From Candidatus Nanopelagicales bacterium (GTDB taxonomy: Bacteria > Actinomycetota > Actinomycetes > Nanopelagicales > Nanopelagicaceae), in NCBI GenBank assembly GCA_030830475.1, contig JAURMX010000009.1, positions 5,442 through 69,441 of the forward strand: a stretch of 64,000 bases of DNA, written 5' to 3'. The position numbers and the translations under genes were made by a program. The notes beneath the pieces are model-generated. The model searched no databases. It had not been told where the DNA came from and was given only the letters and a program-made list of their open reading frames with translations. This document shows positions 9,199-19,076 of this stretch, one piece after another. Every line of letters begins with the position of its first letter. Positions within the stretch are counted from its first letter, which is position 1.

Positions 9199-10425
9199 TT
9201 AAGGCTTGATGTCGCTGGCATCCTCATCGCGAATATGCCATGAGGTTCCGTACTCCGGAAGCATCTCTAAGAATGGTTTTGGATCAAACCACTCTGGGCC
9301 ATTTACGCCAAGCGGTTGCCAAATACCTTTATGGATTAGCTCCATTGCAATAACAGGGTTTACCGCGGTCTGCCATACAACAGCTTGATCTCCGTACTCT
9401 TGCATAGACCATTCATTATCAACTACGTTGTAGATATAAACCGCTTTTGGTTTTCCAGTTTTATCCGTACCTCGTATTAATGCGCCCGCACAGGTTTTGC
9501 CCTTCATGCGCGAACCAAGAGTTGCTGGGTCAGGAAGTGAAGCCGCTAGAAGATCTCTTGGTGCAACAGAAACTCCCTGCACCTCAACATTTTCCTTGCG
9601 ATCCATGCCCAACATATTGATGGTCTTGAGAATCTGAATGAACTCGGCACCTAAGCCGTATTTGAAGTTAACCTTTTTGGCATCAATTTTTTGGGGAATG
9701 AGAACAACCTCTTCGTGCTCCACGTTTACGCACTCAACTGGACCGATACCTTCCGGAAAATCAAAGGTCTCAATTTCGCTAAATGGTTCGGTGGTAAACC
9801 AACCACGACCATCCTCCCAAACCAAAGGTGGGTTTAAGCACTCTTCAATAGTGGTCCAAATTGAAAATGAAGGAGCAAAGTCTGCACCTTCTATCAGCAA
9901 ATTAGAACCATCAAGCACTGTGATGGAATCAATTCGATCGAACAAATAATCATCTGCGTATTTCGCAAAGATATCGCTCATGCCAGGTTCGACACCCATA
10001 CCAACAAGTGCATAAATCTTGCGCTCTTCCCAGTTCCAGTCACGGGCAAACTGCTCATCACCTAGCTTCACACCAGTTTCTCGATGTGGGTATTGAGGAT
10101 GTGGCCGAGATAGCGACATCGCCATATCAATGTAATTTGTATTTTCGATTTCGCAGGCCAAAAAAATCGGCATGACAAAGCGCGGATCCACCGCATTGAT
10201 TACTACATCGGGATCAACTTTGCGGATTAACTCACGAAGATCCTCCAGCTCTGCAGCATTAACCTGAGCTGCGGAAAAACGAGGGTCCTTAACGCGAATT
10301 ACGGCTTCTTCTGCACGGGCTAGGGTTCGGTCAGCCATCACCATTGAGGTGATAAAGGATCTACGTGCTGCGATATTTGCGATCGCTCTACCAACGCCGC
10401 CCGCACCAATTACTAGGGCTTTCAT
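9199..10425 (-). CDS. Saccharopine dehydrogenase family NAD(P)-binding protein (substrate unknown)
   Basis: N-terminal Rossmann motif MKALVIGAGGVGRAI. Size (408 aa) and layout are typical of the saccharopine/carboxynorspermidine dehydrogenase superfamily. Apparent operon with the downstream SDR. Confidence 0.8.
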   Translation of the reverse strand: MKALVIGAGGVGRAIANIAARRSFITSMVMADRTLARAEEAVIRVKDPRFSAAQVNAAELEDLRELIRKVDPDVVINAVDPRFVMPIFLACEIENTNYIDMAMSLSRPHPQYPHRETGVKLGDEQFARDWNWEERKIYALVGMGVEPGMSDIFAKYADDYLFDRIDSITVLDGSNLLIEGADFAPSFSIWTTIEECLNPPLVWEDGRGWFTTEPFSEIETFDFPEGIGPVECVNVEHEEVVLIPQKIDAKKVNFKYGLGAEFIQILKTINMLGMDRKENVEVQGVSVAPRDLLAASLPDPATLGSRMKGKTCAGALIRGTDKTGKPKAVYIYNVVDNEWSMQEYGDQAVVWQTAVNPVIAMELIHKGIWQPLGVNGPEWFDPKPFLEMLPEYGTSWHIRDEDASDIKP

Positions 10426-10531
10426 TATGAAATCAACTCCAAACGAGATTCGGGCTTACCGTAGCCGATATTTAGGCATTCCGCAATTTACCGTTCAATT
10501 GCGCTCGTTTATTATTGTCAGATTCACATAA

Positions 10532-10604
10532 GTCCTTGTAGCTCAGTGGATAGAGCAACCGCCTCCTAAGCGGTAGGTCGCCGGTTCAACTCCGGCCAAG
10601 GACA
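10532..10604 (+). tRNA. tRNA-Arg (anticodon CCT)
   Basis: Hand-folded cloverleaf: acceptor GTCCTTG/CAAGGAC, D arm GCTC-AGTGGATA-GAGC, anticodon arm ACCGC-CTCCTAA-GCGGT, T arm GCCGG-TTCAACT-CCGGC, discriminator A. Confidence 0.9.
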
Positions 10605-10612
10605 CAATATTT

Positions 10613-11257
10613 TTATTTGGTTTTTCGATTACTTTCAAAATTGATTATGTAATCGGGAACCTCAATATGTTTTGAATCTTGATTTGTAATGGGTTCACCA
10701 AATTTCATTTCGACTGGAATTACTCCTGCCCAGATTGGCAATGATGCATCATCTGGATCATTCGCTTCTCCCGAACGTTTTTTGGCGGTTACATCATCTA
10801 ATTTCAACTCCACCATCATTGTTTGGGCATACTCTTTAGCGGTTTGTTCTCGGCCCGCATCCCAAAGTCCAGGAATCAATCTTTCACTCACTGCATATAA
10901 AGCTTTTATCTTCTCTTCACCCTCCAGAACTTTGCCAACACCAAAGGCCATCACTGAGCGGTAATTCATCGAAGAGTTAAAGGGGCTGCGTGCTGAAACA
11001 ATTCCATCGATCAAGGTCACGGTGGCACAGATTTGAGCTCCAGCTTTTAGAGCCATAAACATTCGAGATCCCGTCGAGCCGTGGAAGAGAATTCGATCTC
11101 CATCTCTTCCATAAGCAACGGGAATAACTACGGGCTCTTTACTCTCTGGATCGATAAAACCAACATGGGCCACCAATCCTTCATCCAGGATTGCATAGAT
11201 TTCGGGGTAATCCTCAACCTTTCGATTGGGCTTACGATTTATTTCCCGGTTAGCCAT
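10613..11257 (-). CDS. Pyridoxamine 5'-phosphate oxidase family (FMN/flavin-binding split-barrel) protein
   Basis: 214 aa. The N-terminal half has the layout of PPOX-class proteins (ILDEGLVAHVGF...PVVIPVAYGRDGDRILFHGS). Family-level call only. Confidence 0.75.
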   Translation of the reverse strand: MANREINRKPNRKVEDYPEIYAILDEGLVAHVGFIDPESKEPVVIPVAYGRDGDRILFHGSTGSRMFMALKAGAQICATVTLIDGIVSARSPFNSSMNYRSVMAFGVGKVLEGEEKIKALYAVSERLIPGLWDAGREQTAKEYAQTMMVELKLDDVTAKKRSGEANDPDDASLPIWAGVIPVEMKFGEPITNQDSKHIEVPDYIINFESNRKTK

Positions 11258-11287
11258 AAAAATCAGCCTATCTCTATTAATCTCCGA

Positions 11288-12127
11288 TTAATTGAATACT
11301 ATTGTTCGATTTCCGACTATAAAGATTTTATCTTCGGCATACAGACGAACCGCTTTAGCCAAAACTCTTCTTTCAATGTCTCGACCAATTGCAATCAACT
11401 GCTCTGGGGTCGAGGCATGAGTTACGTGGGCTACATCTTGTTCGATGATTGGGCCCTCATCTAAATCAGATGTAACAAAGTGAGCGGTGGCTCCGATAAT
11501 TTTTACGCCTTTGGTGTGTGCTTGGTGATAAGGCTTTGCACCTTTAAAACCTGGCAGGAATGAGTGATGAATATTTATGATCTGGTTTGCGTTTTGTTGG
11601 CAAAACTCCACGGAGAGAATCTGCATATATCTGGCTAGCACAACAAAATCGATACTCTCCGATTTAATCAATTCAGATAGCTCTGCCTCAGCAACCGCCT
11701 TGTTGGACTCAGATACTGGAATGTGAATGAATTTTGTACCGTGGGATTCGACCAAACTCTTTAAATCTTCGCGATTACTGACAACCAGTGGAATCTCGAT
11801 TGGAAGTTCGCCTAGTTCAAGCAAATAGAGCAGATCTCTCAAGCAATGACTTTCTTTTGTAACCATAACCAAAGCTCGTTTAGGCACTGAGTTATCTCGG
11901 ATTGATAAGTGAGGTTGAAACTGAGAAAGGCCCTCATTTAAAACCTTTTGCGCTTCAACAAGAGTGGAGTTGGTTTCAAAACGGGTGCGCATTACAAAGG
12001 CATTTGTTACTGGATCAGTGAATTGTTGATTCTCGATGATATTGCCACCAGCGGCCAAGACTGAGCTGGTCATGGCATGGACGATGCCGGGTTTATCTGC
12101 ACACTGCAGCGATGCGATCAAATCCAC
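11288..12127 (-). CDS. purU: Formyltetrahydrofolate deformylase
   Basis: N-terminal ACT domain (CADKPGIVHAMTS) plus formyltransferase core (IINIHHSFLPGFKGAKPYHQA, ATAHFVTSDLDEGPII). GTG start. Confidence 0.9.
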   Translation of the reverse strand: MDLIASLQCADKPGIVHAMTSSVLAAGGNIIENQQFTDPVTNAFVMRTRFETNSTLVEAQKVLNEGLSQFQPHLSIRDNSVPKRALVMVTKESHCLRDLLYLLELGELPIEIPLVVSNREDLKSLVESHGTKFIHIPVSESNKAVAEAELSELIKSESIDFVVLARYMQILSVEFCQQNANQIINIHHSFLPGFKGAKPYHQAHTKGVKIIGATAHFVTSDLDEGPIIEQDVAHVTHASTPEQLIAIGRDIERRVLAKAVRLYAEDKIFIVGNRTIVFN

Positions 12128-12156
12128 CGCCGCAGTCTAACTTCTACTGTCCTGGG

Positions 12157-14259
12157 CTAGTGATTAATTTGGAACCGCTTTAAAGCCTTTGGCGCCCACC
12201 AGTTCCATTCCCCAAATAAACGCATTAGCGCCGGCACTAAGAAGGCCCGGATAAGGGTTGCATCCAAAAGAATCGCAAAGGCAACTCCGAAGCCCATCAT
12301 CTTGATTGAGGTGACACCACTGATAATGAATGCGGCGAAGACCACGGCCAAGATGAAAGCAGCTGCTGTAATAATTCGAGCAGATTTTTGCAATCCATAT
12401 GCGACTGATTCGATGTTGGATTTGCCGGCATCATGCTCCTCTTTGATGCGAGAGAGTAGAAATACCTCGTAGTCCATTGATAATCCAAATGCAACCACTG
12501 CAACTAGAACCATTGTGCTGGTATCTAAGGTTCCAGTACTAATGAAATCACCAACCAAGAAGCTGAGATTTCCATCGATAAATATCCAGGTAAGTACACC
12601 CATGGTTGCGGCCAAGGATGCGAAGTTTAGAATGATGGCTTTGATTGGCAAAAGGATTGAACCGGTAAAAAAGAACAGCAGAAGTAGCACTGTGAAGATA
12701 ATCCAGGCCCCAACCTTTGGAAGTGTTTCAGAGATTGCACCCTGTGTGTCGGCGTAATCTGCCGCAACGCCACCAACCAAAGTTCCATTTGGAGCATTCA
12801 AATCCCTAATTTTGTGGATTAACTCTTCGGCTTCCGGGGTTCGTGGTGGCATTGAGTGAATCGCGACTAAGCGCACACTCTCACCAACCGTTTCTGGTGT
12901 TCCAACTCTTATGATGCCAGGAACGGTGGCCAAACTTTGTGAGTAAGCAGCAATCTCTGCGGTTTGATTGGCACCAGTCGGGAAAATGATCTCAATCGGA
13001 TTGCTTTCTTGGCCAGGGAATTCGTTGGCAATGAAAGCTGAAGCAATATATGCCCGATCATCCTTTGGCAGAACTCTGCTATCTACCTGACTAAATTTGA
13101 TATTTGCAATTGGTGCAATTAATAGAAACAAAACTAAAGAAGAAGCGGTAACTACTGTTATGGGACGCTTCATTACAAAGCGCGCCAGTTGTGCCCATCT
13201 GCCATCTTCTTTTGGTTTGATGCCGCTCTTTCGAACCACACCTTTATCTACTTTGCTTCCAATTAAGGCAAGAATTGCTGGCAGCGGAATCAATGCTCCA
13301 ATGACAGCAAGGGCCACTACAACCGCACCGGAGTAGCCCATAGATTTCAGGAAGTTTTGCGGGAAGAAGGTAAGTGAAATCAAGGTAAGCACCACCGTCA
13401 AACCTGAGTAGAAAACCGTTTTTCCCGCGGTCCGCAAAGTGTTAACCACCGAATCTTCATTGGATAGTCCTTTATGTAACTCTTCTCTGAAACGGTTCAC
13501 TATCAATAAGGCGTAATCAATACCCAATCCGAGACCTAAACCAGTGGTCAGGTTCAAGGCGAAAACACTCACATCTGTTACGAAGGTCAAGAGGTATAGA
13601 GCCAAGAATGTTCCCAGGATGGCGGTGATCCCAACAACCAATGGCATCGCAGATGCTGCCATCGCGCCAAATACCAGAATCAAAAGCAGGAAAGTAAGTG
13701 GAATAGAAATGGCCTCTGATAACTTCAAATCATCTTGAATTCTGCCATTGATAGCGTTTGCAAAAACCGCACCGCCAGAGGCGTAAATTTCGATGTCTCC
13801 TTTTTTGCCATCATATTTATCTTGGAAGTAACCACCAGATTTATCAATCTCTGTGAAGTCAGTAGATTTCAAATAAACAAATATGAAGGCAGAGGTTCCA
13901 TCCTTGCTCTTAAACGATGGTGCGCCACCTGCTGACCAGTAAGAGATTACGCTTTCAACGCTTGATTCTTTTCTTACCTCAGATTCGATTTGCTGCGCTT
14001 GAGCCACAACTGCTGGGTCGTCTACTGACTTTTCTTTGCCATCGATCACTAAAACGACTGCGGGATCCTTAACCTTGAAGGTGTCCTCGAGATACTCCCA
14101 AACCTTGACTGAATCACTGCCGGGATCTGAATAGCCTCCTGAGTCAAAACGGTTGAAGACCTGAGACCCTATTGCACCGGCCAATATTGTTGATATCAAG
14201 AAAATTGAAAGCACAAATTTCTTATGACGTACGATGACATGGCCAAGTGATTCAAACAT
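12157..14259 (-). CDS. MMPL family RND-type membrane transporter
   Basis: 700 aa. Two 6-TM bundles alternate with soluble loops. GIDYALLIVNRFREE and GLSMDYEVFLLSRIKEE are the typical duplicated MMPL motifs. Confidence 0.9.
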   Translation of the reverse strand: MFESLGHVIVRHKKFVLSIFLISTILAGAIGSQVFNRFDSGGYSDPGSDSVKVWEYLEDTFKVKDPAVVLVIDGKEKSVDDPAVVAQAQQIESEVRKESSVESVISYWSAGGAPSFKSKDGTSAFIFVYLKSTDFTEIDKSGGYFQDKYDGKKGDIEIYASGGAVFANAINGRIQDDLKLSEAISIPLTFLLLILVFGAMAASAMPLVVGITAILGTFLALYLLTFVTDVSVFALNLTTGLGLGLGIDYALLIVNRFREELHKGLSNEDSVVNTLRTAGKTVFYSGLTVVLTLISLTFFPQNFLKSMGYSGAVVVALAVIGALIPLPAILALIGSKVDKGVVRKSGIKPKEDGRWAQLARFVMKRPITVVTASSLVLFLLIAPIANIKFSQVDSRVLPKDDRAYIASAFIANEFPGQESNPIEIIFPTGANQTAEIAAYSQSLATVPGIIRVGTPETVGESVRLVAIHSMPPRTPEAEELIHKIRDLNAPNGTLVGGVAADYADTQGAISETLPKVGAWIIFTVLLLLFFFTGSILLPIKAIILNFASLAATMGVLTWIFIDGNLSFLVGDFISTGTLDTSTMVLVAVVAFGLSMDYEVFLLSRIKEEHDAGKSNIESVAYGLQKSARIITAAAFILAVVFAAFIISGVTSIKMMGFGVAFAILLDATLIRAFLVPALMRLFGEWNWWAPKALKRFQINH

Positions 14260-14380
14260 GATGGCATACTAATGTTGTGAGTGAAATTCTTCCTTCTGTG
14301 ACCTCAGACGAGGTTGATTACGAGATAGATGTCACTCGCGATGATGAAATCAAAGGGGATAAGCCCCCGCATCACGGTGG

Positions 14381-14593
14381 TTAGTCGCTAGAAGAGCTTT
14401 TACTTTCAGTTTTGCTACTTGCAGAGTCGGTTTTATAAAAACCTGATCCCTTAAAAACGATTCCAACATTTGAGTAAATCTTGCGCACATCTTTGCCGCA
14501 CTCAGGACATACCGAAATTGGCGCATCTGTGAAGGATTGCACTGCCTCGAAGGTATGCTCACAGGCGTTACATTGGTATTGATAGGTAGGCAC
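14381..14593 (-). CDS. FmdB family zinc-ribbon regulatory protein
   Basis: PTYQYQCNACEHTFE...CPECG is the diagnostic CxxC...CxxC zinc ribbon. Ser-rich tail. GTG start. Confidence 0.85.
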   Translation of the reverse strand: MPTYQYQCNACEHTFEAVQSFTDAPISVCPECGKDVRKIYSNVGIVFKGSGFYKTDSASSKTESKSSSSD

Positions 14594-14661
14594 GGGCGTA
14601 ATCTAAGGGATGAGTATTGAGCAGCGCTAATTGAGGCGGGCTTACTAGAACGGGGTCGGCA

Positions 14662-16446
14662 GTGATTTTCGATGTAGCTAACACAGCTCTCTCTGTGTTG
14701 GTCTCCGGCTGTTTAATCTCTCTAGCTTTCCTGCTGCCAGAACGAGATGGGCTTTTGCAAAACTCAGCAGAGAAGACTCAACGATTTCTTTTTATATTTT
14801 CCGGGTTATGGATAGTTGCGGCACTTGGAAACTTGCTATCAACCTTATCCGAAATCTTTGAGAGCAACCTAGTTGATGTATTAAGTGGCAACATACTGCG
14901 CTCCTTTATTACCCAAGTAACTCTAGGAAAGTTGCTGGCTTATCAGGTTGTTGCCGCAATTGTTGTTTTTGTACTCTCTAGATTGCTTCGTAAAACGGGT
15001 GGCGCCTTCTGGTTGTTGGTTGTGGCGCTGAGCGGATCACTTGCTCCAATCTTTCAGAGTCACTCCAGTTCACAAGGCAGCCATGGATTGGCAATCGGAT
15101 CGGTGGTTATCCATGTCTTGGCTCTGTCATTTTGGTTGGGAGCCATTTCTGCATTACAGATCATGCCTGCAAGTGAAAAAGAGTTAGCGTTTTCTCGAGT
15201 TTCAAATATCGCGCTCTGGTCATCCATGGCGGTGGTAAGCAGCGGTGTTGCTAATGCTTGGACCAGATTACGGTTATCGCAGGACTGGTTTACCTCATAT
15301 GGCTTATTAGTAGGGATAAAAGTTCTATTGACCTTAGTAGTTTTCTTTATCGCCAGCAGAGTCAGGAAACAAATATCAGTCAACCGATTACTACCGCTTG
15401 AATTGGCGGTAATTACTTTGATTATGGGCATTGGCGCGCTGCTCAACCGCTTTACACCGGAAGAGTCCGGCGCAATTGCTTTCGACAAGGTGCGGGAGTT
15501 AGTTGGAATTTCAATGCCTGAAGTTCCAACTCTGTCACGAGTTCTTTTTGAATATGAAGCAAATGGTTTGATACTGGGTCTTTTGATATTTGCTACGGCG
15601 CTTTATATACGCGGCGTCGTGGCACTAGCGCGACGTGGAGATAAATGGCCAGTCGGCAGAACCATCTCTTTTGCAATTGGAATCTCTCTTCTTGATTACT
15701 CGACAAGTGGCGGCGTTGGTCTGTACGCCCACTTCTCATTTCAGTATCACATGATCGCTCACATGATTTTGAGCATGATTGCACCAATTGCGATTGTGCT
15801 TAGCGCACCGATCACATTAGCTCTGCGCACTCTGCCGATTGGGCGAGAGAAAGGTGAGCGAGGTCTGCGTGGGGCCCTAGTAGCCGCATTGAGTTCTAGA
15901 GCCACCGGTATCTGGACTCATCCCGTGATTGCTTTGGCGATCTTTGATGGCTCATTGTTTGCACTTTATTTCACGCCATTGTTTGGTGAATTAATGAGCG
16001 GCCACTTTGGTCACATGATTATGGATTTACATTTCATTGCCGCCGGATTGTTGTTTTTCCATGTAATAGTTGGAATCGATCCAAATCCGAGAAAAGTTCA
16101 TCACTTGGTGCGAGTAGTTATGTTGCTCGCCGCCATGAGCATTCACGCTTTCTTCTCTGTAGCTTTGATGTCAGCCAACAACTTGATTGATGGCGGTTAT
16201 TACCAATTATTAGAGCGACCTTGGGCAACTGATTTGTTGAGTGACCAAAAATCGGGTGCAGCAATTGGCTGGGCCATGGGAGAGATTCCAATCGTGGTAG
16301 CTCTCATCGCCACATTCATTCAATGGATGCGTAGCGATGCGCGGGAGGCAAAACGTGCCGACCGTCGCTCCAAGGTTGATTTAGCGGAGTACAACGCCTA
16401 CCTCGAGAAGTTAGCTGCCCAAGATGAGAAAGAGAATCCAAAGTAG
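14662..16446 (+). CDS. Fused copper-resistance CopD domain / cytochrome c oxidase assembly factor CtaG (caa3_CtaG) membrane protein
   Basis: 594 aa polytopic protein. The N-terminal half is CopD-like. The C-terminal half shows YHMIAHMILSMIAPI and HFIAAGLLFF, typical of actinobacterial CtaG. Confidence 0.85.
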   Translation: MIFDVANTALSVLVSGCLISLAFLLPERDGLLQNSAEKTQRFLFIFSGLWIVAALGNLLSTLSEIFESNLVDVLSGNILRSFITQVTLGKLLAYQVVAAIVVFVLSRLLRKTGGAFWLLVVALSGSLAPIFQSHSSSQGSHGLAIGSVVIHVLALSFWLGAISALQIMPASEKELAFSRVSNIALWSSMAVVSSGVANAWTRLRLSQDWFTSYGLLVGIKVLLTLVVFFIASRVRKQISVNRLLPLELAVITLIMGIGALLNRFTPEESGAIAFDKVRELVGISMPEVPTLSRVLFEYEANGLILGLLIFATALYIRGVVALARRGDKWPVGRTISFAIGISLLDYSTSGGVGLYAHFSFQYHMIAHMILSMIAPIAIVLSAPITLALRTLPIGREKGERGLRGALVAALSSRATGIWTHPVIALAIFDGSLFALYFTPLFGELMSGHFGHMIMDLHFIAAGLLFFHVIVGIDPNPRKVHHLVRVVMLLAAMSIHAFFSVALMSANNLIDGGYYQLLERPWATDLLSDQKSGAAIGWAMGEIPIVVALIATFIQWMRSDAREAKRADRRSKVDLAEYNAYLEKLAAQDEKENPK

Positions 16447-16456
16447 TATTGCCGCC

Positions 16457-17605
16457 ATGGAGCCGCTCTTTTCATTACCTGATGAGTACCAAGCGCTAAG
16501 AGATAGCGTTAGATCTCTCGCTGACAAAAAGATTCAACCATTTGCACATGATGTGGATGCGCAGGCTCGGTTCCCGCAAGAATCATTTGATGCGCTACAG
16601 GCAGCAGGGTTAGCTGCAGCTCACGTACCCACTCAATTTGGTGGCGAAGGTGCTGACGCATTAGGTGTTGTCATAATCATTGAAGAGGTAGCTCGAGTTT
16701 GTGCTTCATCATCTTTAATTCCAGCGGTCAACAAATTGGGATCAGTTCCACTGATGCTAGGTGGTAGTGAAGAGCAGAAAAAGAGATGGCTAACTCCACT
16801 GGCGCAAGGAAAAGGTTTTTCTTACTGCTTGTCAGAGTCAGAGGCTGGTTCAGATGCCGCCGGAATGAAGACTCGTGCGGTTCGCAAAGGTGATGGCTGG
16901 GTTTTAAACGGTAGCAAGAAATGGATTTCCCATGCTGGTTTCTCCGAGTTTTACACCGTTCTTGCTTCCACTGATCCAGAAAAGGGTGCAAAGGGAATTA
17001 CCGCGTTTGTAGTTGAGAAGAGCGACCCAGGAGTTTCATTTGGTGCTCATGAAAAGAAGATGGGCTTTAAGGGATCACCAACCCGCGAAGTTTACTTCGA
17101 CAATGTAGAGCTGGGAGATGATCGTCGCATCAGTGAAGTTGGCGCCGGTTTTGGATTAGCGATGAAGACTTTGGATCACACACGCATCACTATTGCCGCC
17201 CAAGCTTTGGGAATTGCGCAAGGTGCCTTTGAAGTTGCCACCAAGTATGCCCATGAGAGAAAACAATTTGGCAAGTCAATCTTTGATTTCCAGGCGGTTC
17301 AGTTCATGTTGGCTGATATGGCGATGGAGATTGCGGCGGCCCGTCAATTAACTTATGCCGCAGCTAGCAAGAGTGAATCTCTAACTAATGACCTAACCTT
17401 TTTCTCAGCCGCCTCAAAGTGTTATGCAACAGATGTTGCTATGAAGGTAACTACTGATGCGGTTCAGGTGCTTGGTGGATATGGCTATGTAAGTGATTAT
17501 CCGGTCGAGCGAATGATGCGTGATGCAAAGCTAACTCAGATCTACGAAGGCACCAATCAGATTCAAAGATTGGTGATGGCTCGCAATCTCAACTCTGTGC
17601 TGTAA
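16457..17605 (+). CDS. Acyl-CoA dehydrogenase
   Basis: Typical ACAD layout: CLSESEAGSDAAGMKT, GWVLNGSKKWIS, C-terminal QIYEGTNQIQRLV. ATG 16457 avoids overlap with the upstream gene. Confidence 0.92.
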   Translation: MEPLFSLPDEYQALRDSVRSLADKKIQPFAHDVDAQARFPQESFDALQAAGLAAAHVPTQFGGEGADALGVVIIIEEVARVCASSSLIPAVNKLGSVPLMLGGSEEQKKRWLTPLAQGKGFSYCLSESEAGSDAAGMKTRAVRKGDGWVLNGSKKWISHAGFSEFYTVLASTDPEKGAKGITAFVVEKSDPGVSFGAHEKKMGFKGSPTREVYFDNVELGDDRRISEVGAGFGLAMKTLDHTRITIAAQALGIAQGAFEVATKYAHERKQFGKSIFDFQAVQFMLADMAMEIAAARQLTYAAASKSESLTNDLTFFSAASKCYATDVAMKVTTDAVQVLGGYGYVSDYPVERMMRDAKLTQIYEGTNQIQRLVMARNLNSVL

Positions 17606-18110
17606 ATCGAACCAAGATCTCTGCGGTAGCTGCTGCATTTACCTTTTGATCATGAGGTTCGTGGGGGACCTCTTCACTAGATATCTCTCCGGGATAAACC
17701 AGGGCCACCCGCCATGCTTTGGTTCGGGTTAATGCCCGATCGTAGGAGCCGCCACCTTGTCCCAAACGATTGCCATTTCGATCAATGTGTAGAGCGGGCA
17801 TGATCACAACATCAATTTTTCCGGAGTAAATCGCACCTTCTGTGGTTTGCCACTGTAAATCTTTGTCCTCCAACATTTGAGGAGTCAGGACGGTTTTACC
17901 GAGTCGTTGTAACTCCTGATTTAGAAATTTGGTATCTGGCTCAAAACCATAGGAAATATAAGTAGCGACTACCTTTGCCTGGGAAATCTCTTGGGTCGAT
18001 AAAAGATGTTGCCAATCACTTTCCACCACCAAAAACTCTCTTTCAGCACGAAACCTTTTTCGCATCTCAGCTTTAATTTGTTTCGCCTCTTTTTTAGCGG
18101 TGATATCCAC
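17589..18110 (-). CDS. 5-formyltetrahydrofolate cyclo-ligase
   Basis: 173 aa. Motif GNRLGQGGGSYDRAL matches the family GxGxGYYDR box. The 3' end overlaps the ACAD gene by 17 nt. Confidence 0.85.
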   Translation of the reverse strand: MDITAKKEAKQIKAEMRKRFRAEREFLVVESDWQHLLSTQEISQAKVVATYISYGFEPDTKFLNQELQRLGKTVLTPQMLEDKDLQWQTTEGAIYSGKIDVVIMPALHIDRNGNRLGQGGGSYDRALTRTKAWRVALVYPGEISSEEVPHEPHDQKVNAAATAEILVRFTAQS

Positions 18111-18143
18111 GGGAATAGCGTAGGTTCAAAGTATGGTTGCGGC

Positions 18144-19067
18144 GTGAGCGAAACCATAAAACTCTCAGAGTTTGCTAATGAGTTATTGGCGCTAGCAAGA
18201 CCCCTAGCTGCATTTGATATGCCATTAATGGATGCACATGGCGCCACCTTGGCGCTGGATGTAATCGCCAACAATAAAACCATTTTGAAGTCCGGCTCCA
18301 GAATTCGCTCCACTCAAATTGGATTAGCGGCCTCTGCAGGTTTAGATCATCTGCCGACCCGGCCACAGCCGCGGGTAGTAGTTATCTCAGCTGGAGCTGA
18401 TTTAGTTGAACCAGGATCTCCATTGCGAGATCGACAAGATGAGTATGAAACCAACTCCTGGCTTTTAACTACCGCGGTAAAGGAAGCAGGAGCGGTGGGT
18501 TATCGAGTGCACACTATTCCGGAGACTGCGGAACAATTAAAAGATGTAGTCGAGGATCAATTGGTTCGTGCAGATTTAGTTGTAATCTGCGGTGAGAGCC
18601 ATGATGACTCTTTTTCTTTGATTTACTCAGTATTGCAGCAGCTCGGTCAGGTTCGGGAACTAACCCCGCTAATTAAGGGATCTGGCAAACATGCCTATGG
18701 AAGTATTGGCCCGGATCGCACACCGGTAGTGGTTTTGCCAGGTGATCCAATCTATGCCTATATCTCTACCGAACTTTTTGTCCGCCCAATGATTCGCAGC
18801 ATGATGGGGCTGTACGACATTCATCGACCAGTGATTAAAACAAAATTAAAAAATGATGTAACTGGTGAAATTGGCAAGACCTCTTTTGTCCGGGCAGTCT
18901 TATCTGATGAGGGAACTGGCATGAGATCAGTTACTGCTCTAGATAATCAAGAAGAACTAATCACGCTTTCAGATGCGACCGGTTTAATTGTGGTACCTGA
19001 CTCATTAGCTGCTTTAAGTGCGGGCGCCGAGGTAGAGGTTCTACTTCTCGAACGGCGCTTCAACTAA
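18144..19067 (+). CDS. MoeA/gephyrin-like protein, truncated and motif-degenerate (Glp position)
   Basis: Collinear with MoeA at the N-terminus, the MoCF domain (PRVVVISAGADLVEPG) and the C-terminal beta-barrel. About 100 aa containing SAMDGYA/TGAxxP are absent, and GGVSVG is replaced by CGESHDD. GTG 18144 was chosen because the longer ORF overlaps the 5-FCL gene. Confidence 0.75.
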   Translation: MSETIKLSEFANELLALARPLAAFDMPLMDAHGATLALDVIANNKTILKSGSRIRSTQIGLAASAGLDHLPTRPQPRVVVISAGADLVEPGSPLRDRQDEYETNSWLLTTAVKEAGAVGYRVHTIPETAEQLKDVVEDQLVRADLVVICGESHDDSFSLIYSVLQQLGQVRELTPLIKGSGKHAYGSIGPDRTPVVVLPGDPIYAYISTELFVRPMIRSMMGLYDIHRPVIKTKLKNDVTGEIGKTSFVRAVLSDEGTGMRSVTALDNQEELITLSDATGLIVVPDSLAALSAGAEVEVLLLERRFN

Positions 19068-19076
19068 AAATCTGTT

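Noticed and set aside
14277-14384. A 35-codon acidic ORF (VSEILPSVTSDEVDYEIDVTRDDEIKGDKPPHHGG) between the MMPL and FmdB genes. I briefly considered it a Pup-like or RiPP-precursor-like peptide.
   Set aside because: It has no RBS and a GTG start directly after a stop in a promoter region. It overlaps the FmdB stop codon and resembles neither Pup (no GGQ/GGE end) nor any precursor family I know. With no supporting neighbours, it is most likely chance.
15060-15488. A 142-aa ORF antisense to the CopD/CtaG gene. Similar antisense ORFs lie at 6086-6487, 48567-48971, 53682-54083 and 21958-22326.
   Set aside because: All lie fully inside well-supported genes on the other strand and show no recognisable motifs.
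18006-18143. An N-terminal extension of the MoeA-like ORF (start at 18006).
   Set aside because: The extension overlaps the 5' part of the 5-formyl-THF cyclo-ligase gene on the other strand by about 105 nt, and its sequence has no MoeA similarity. Homology begins right after GTG 18144.
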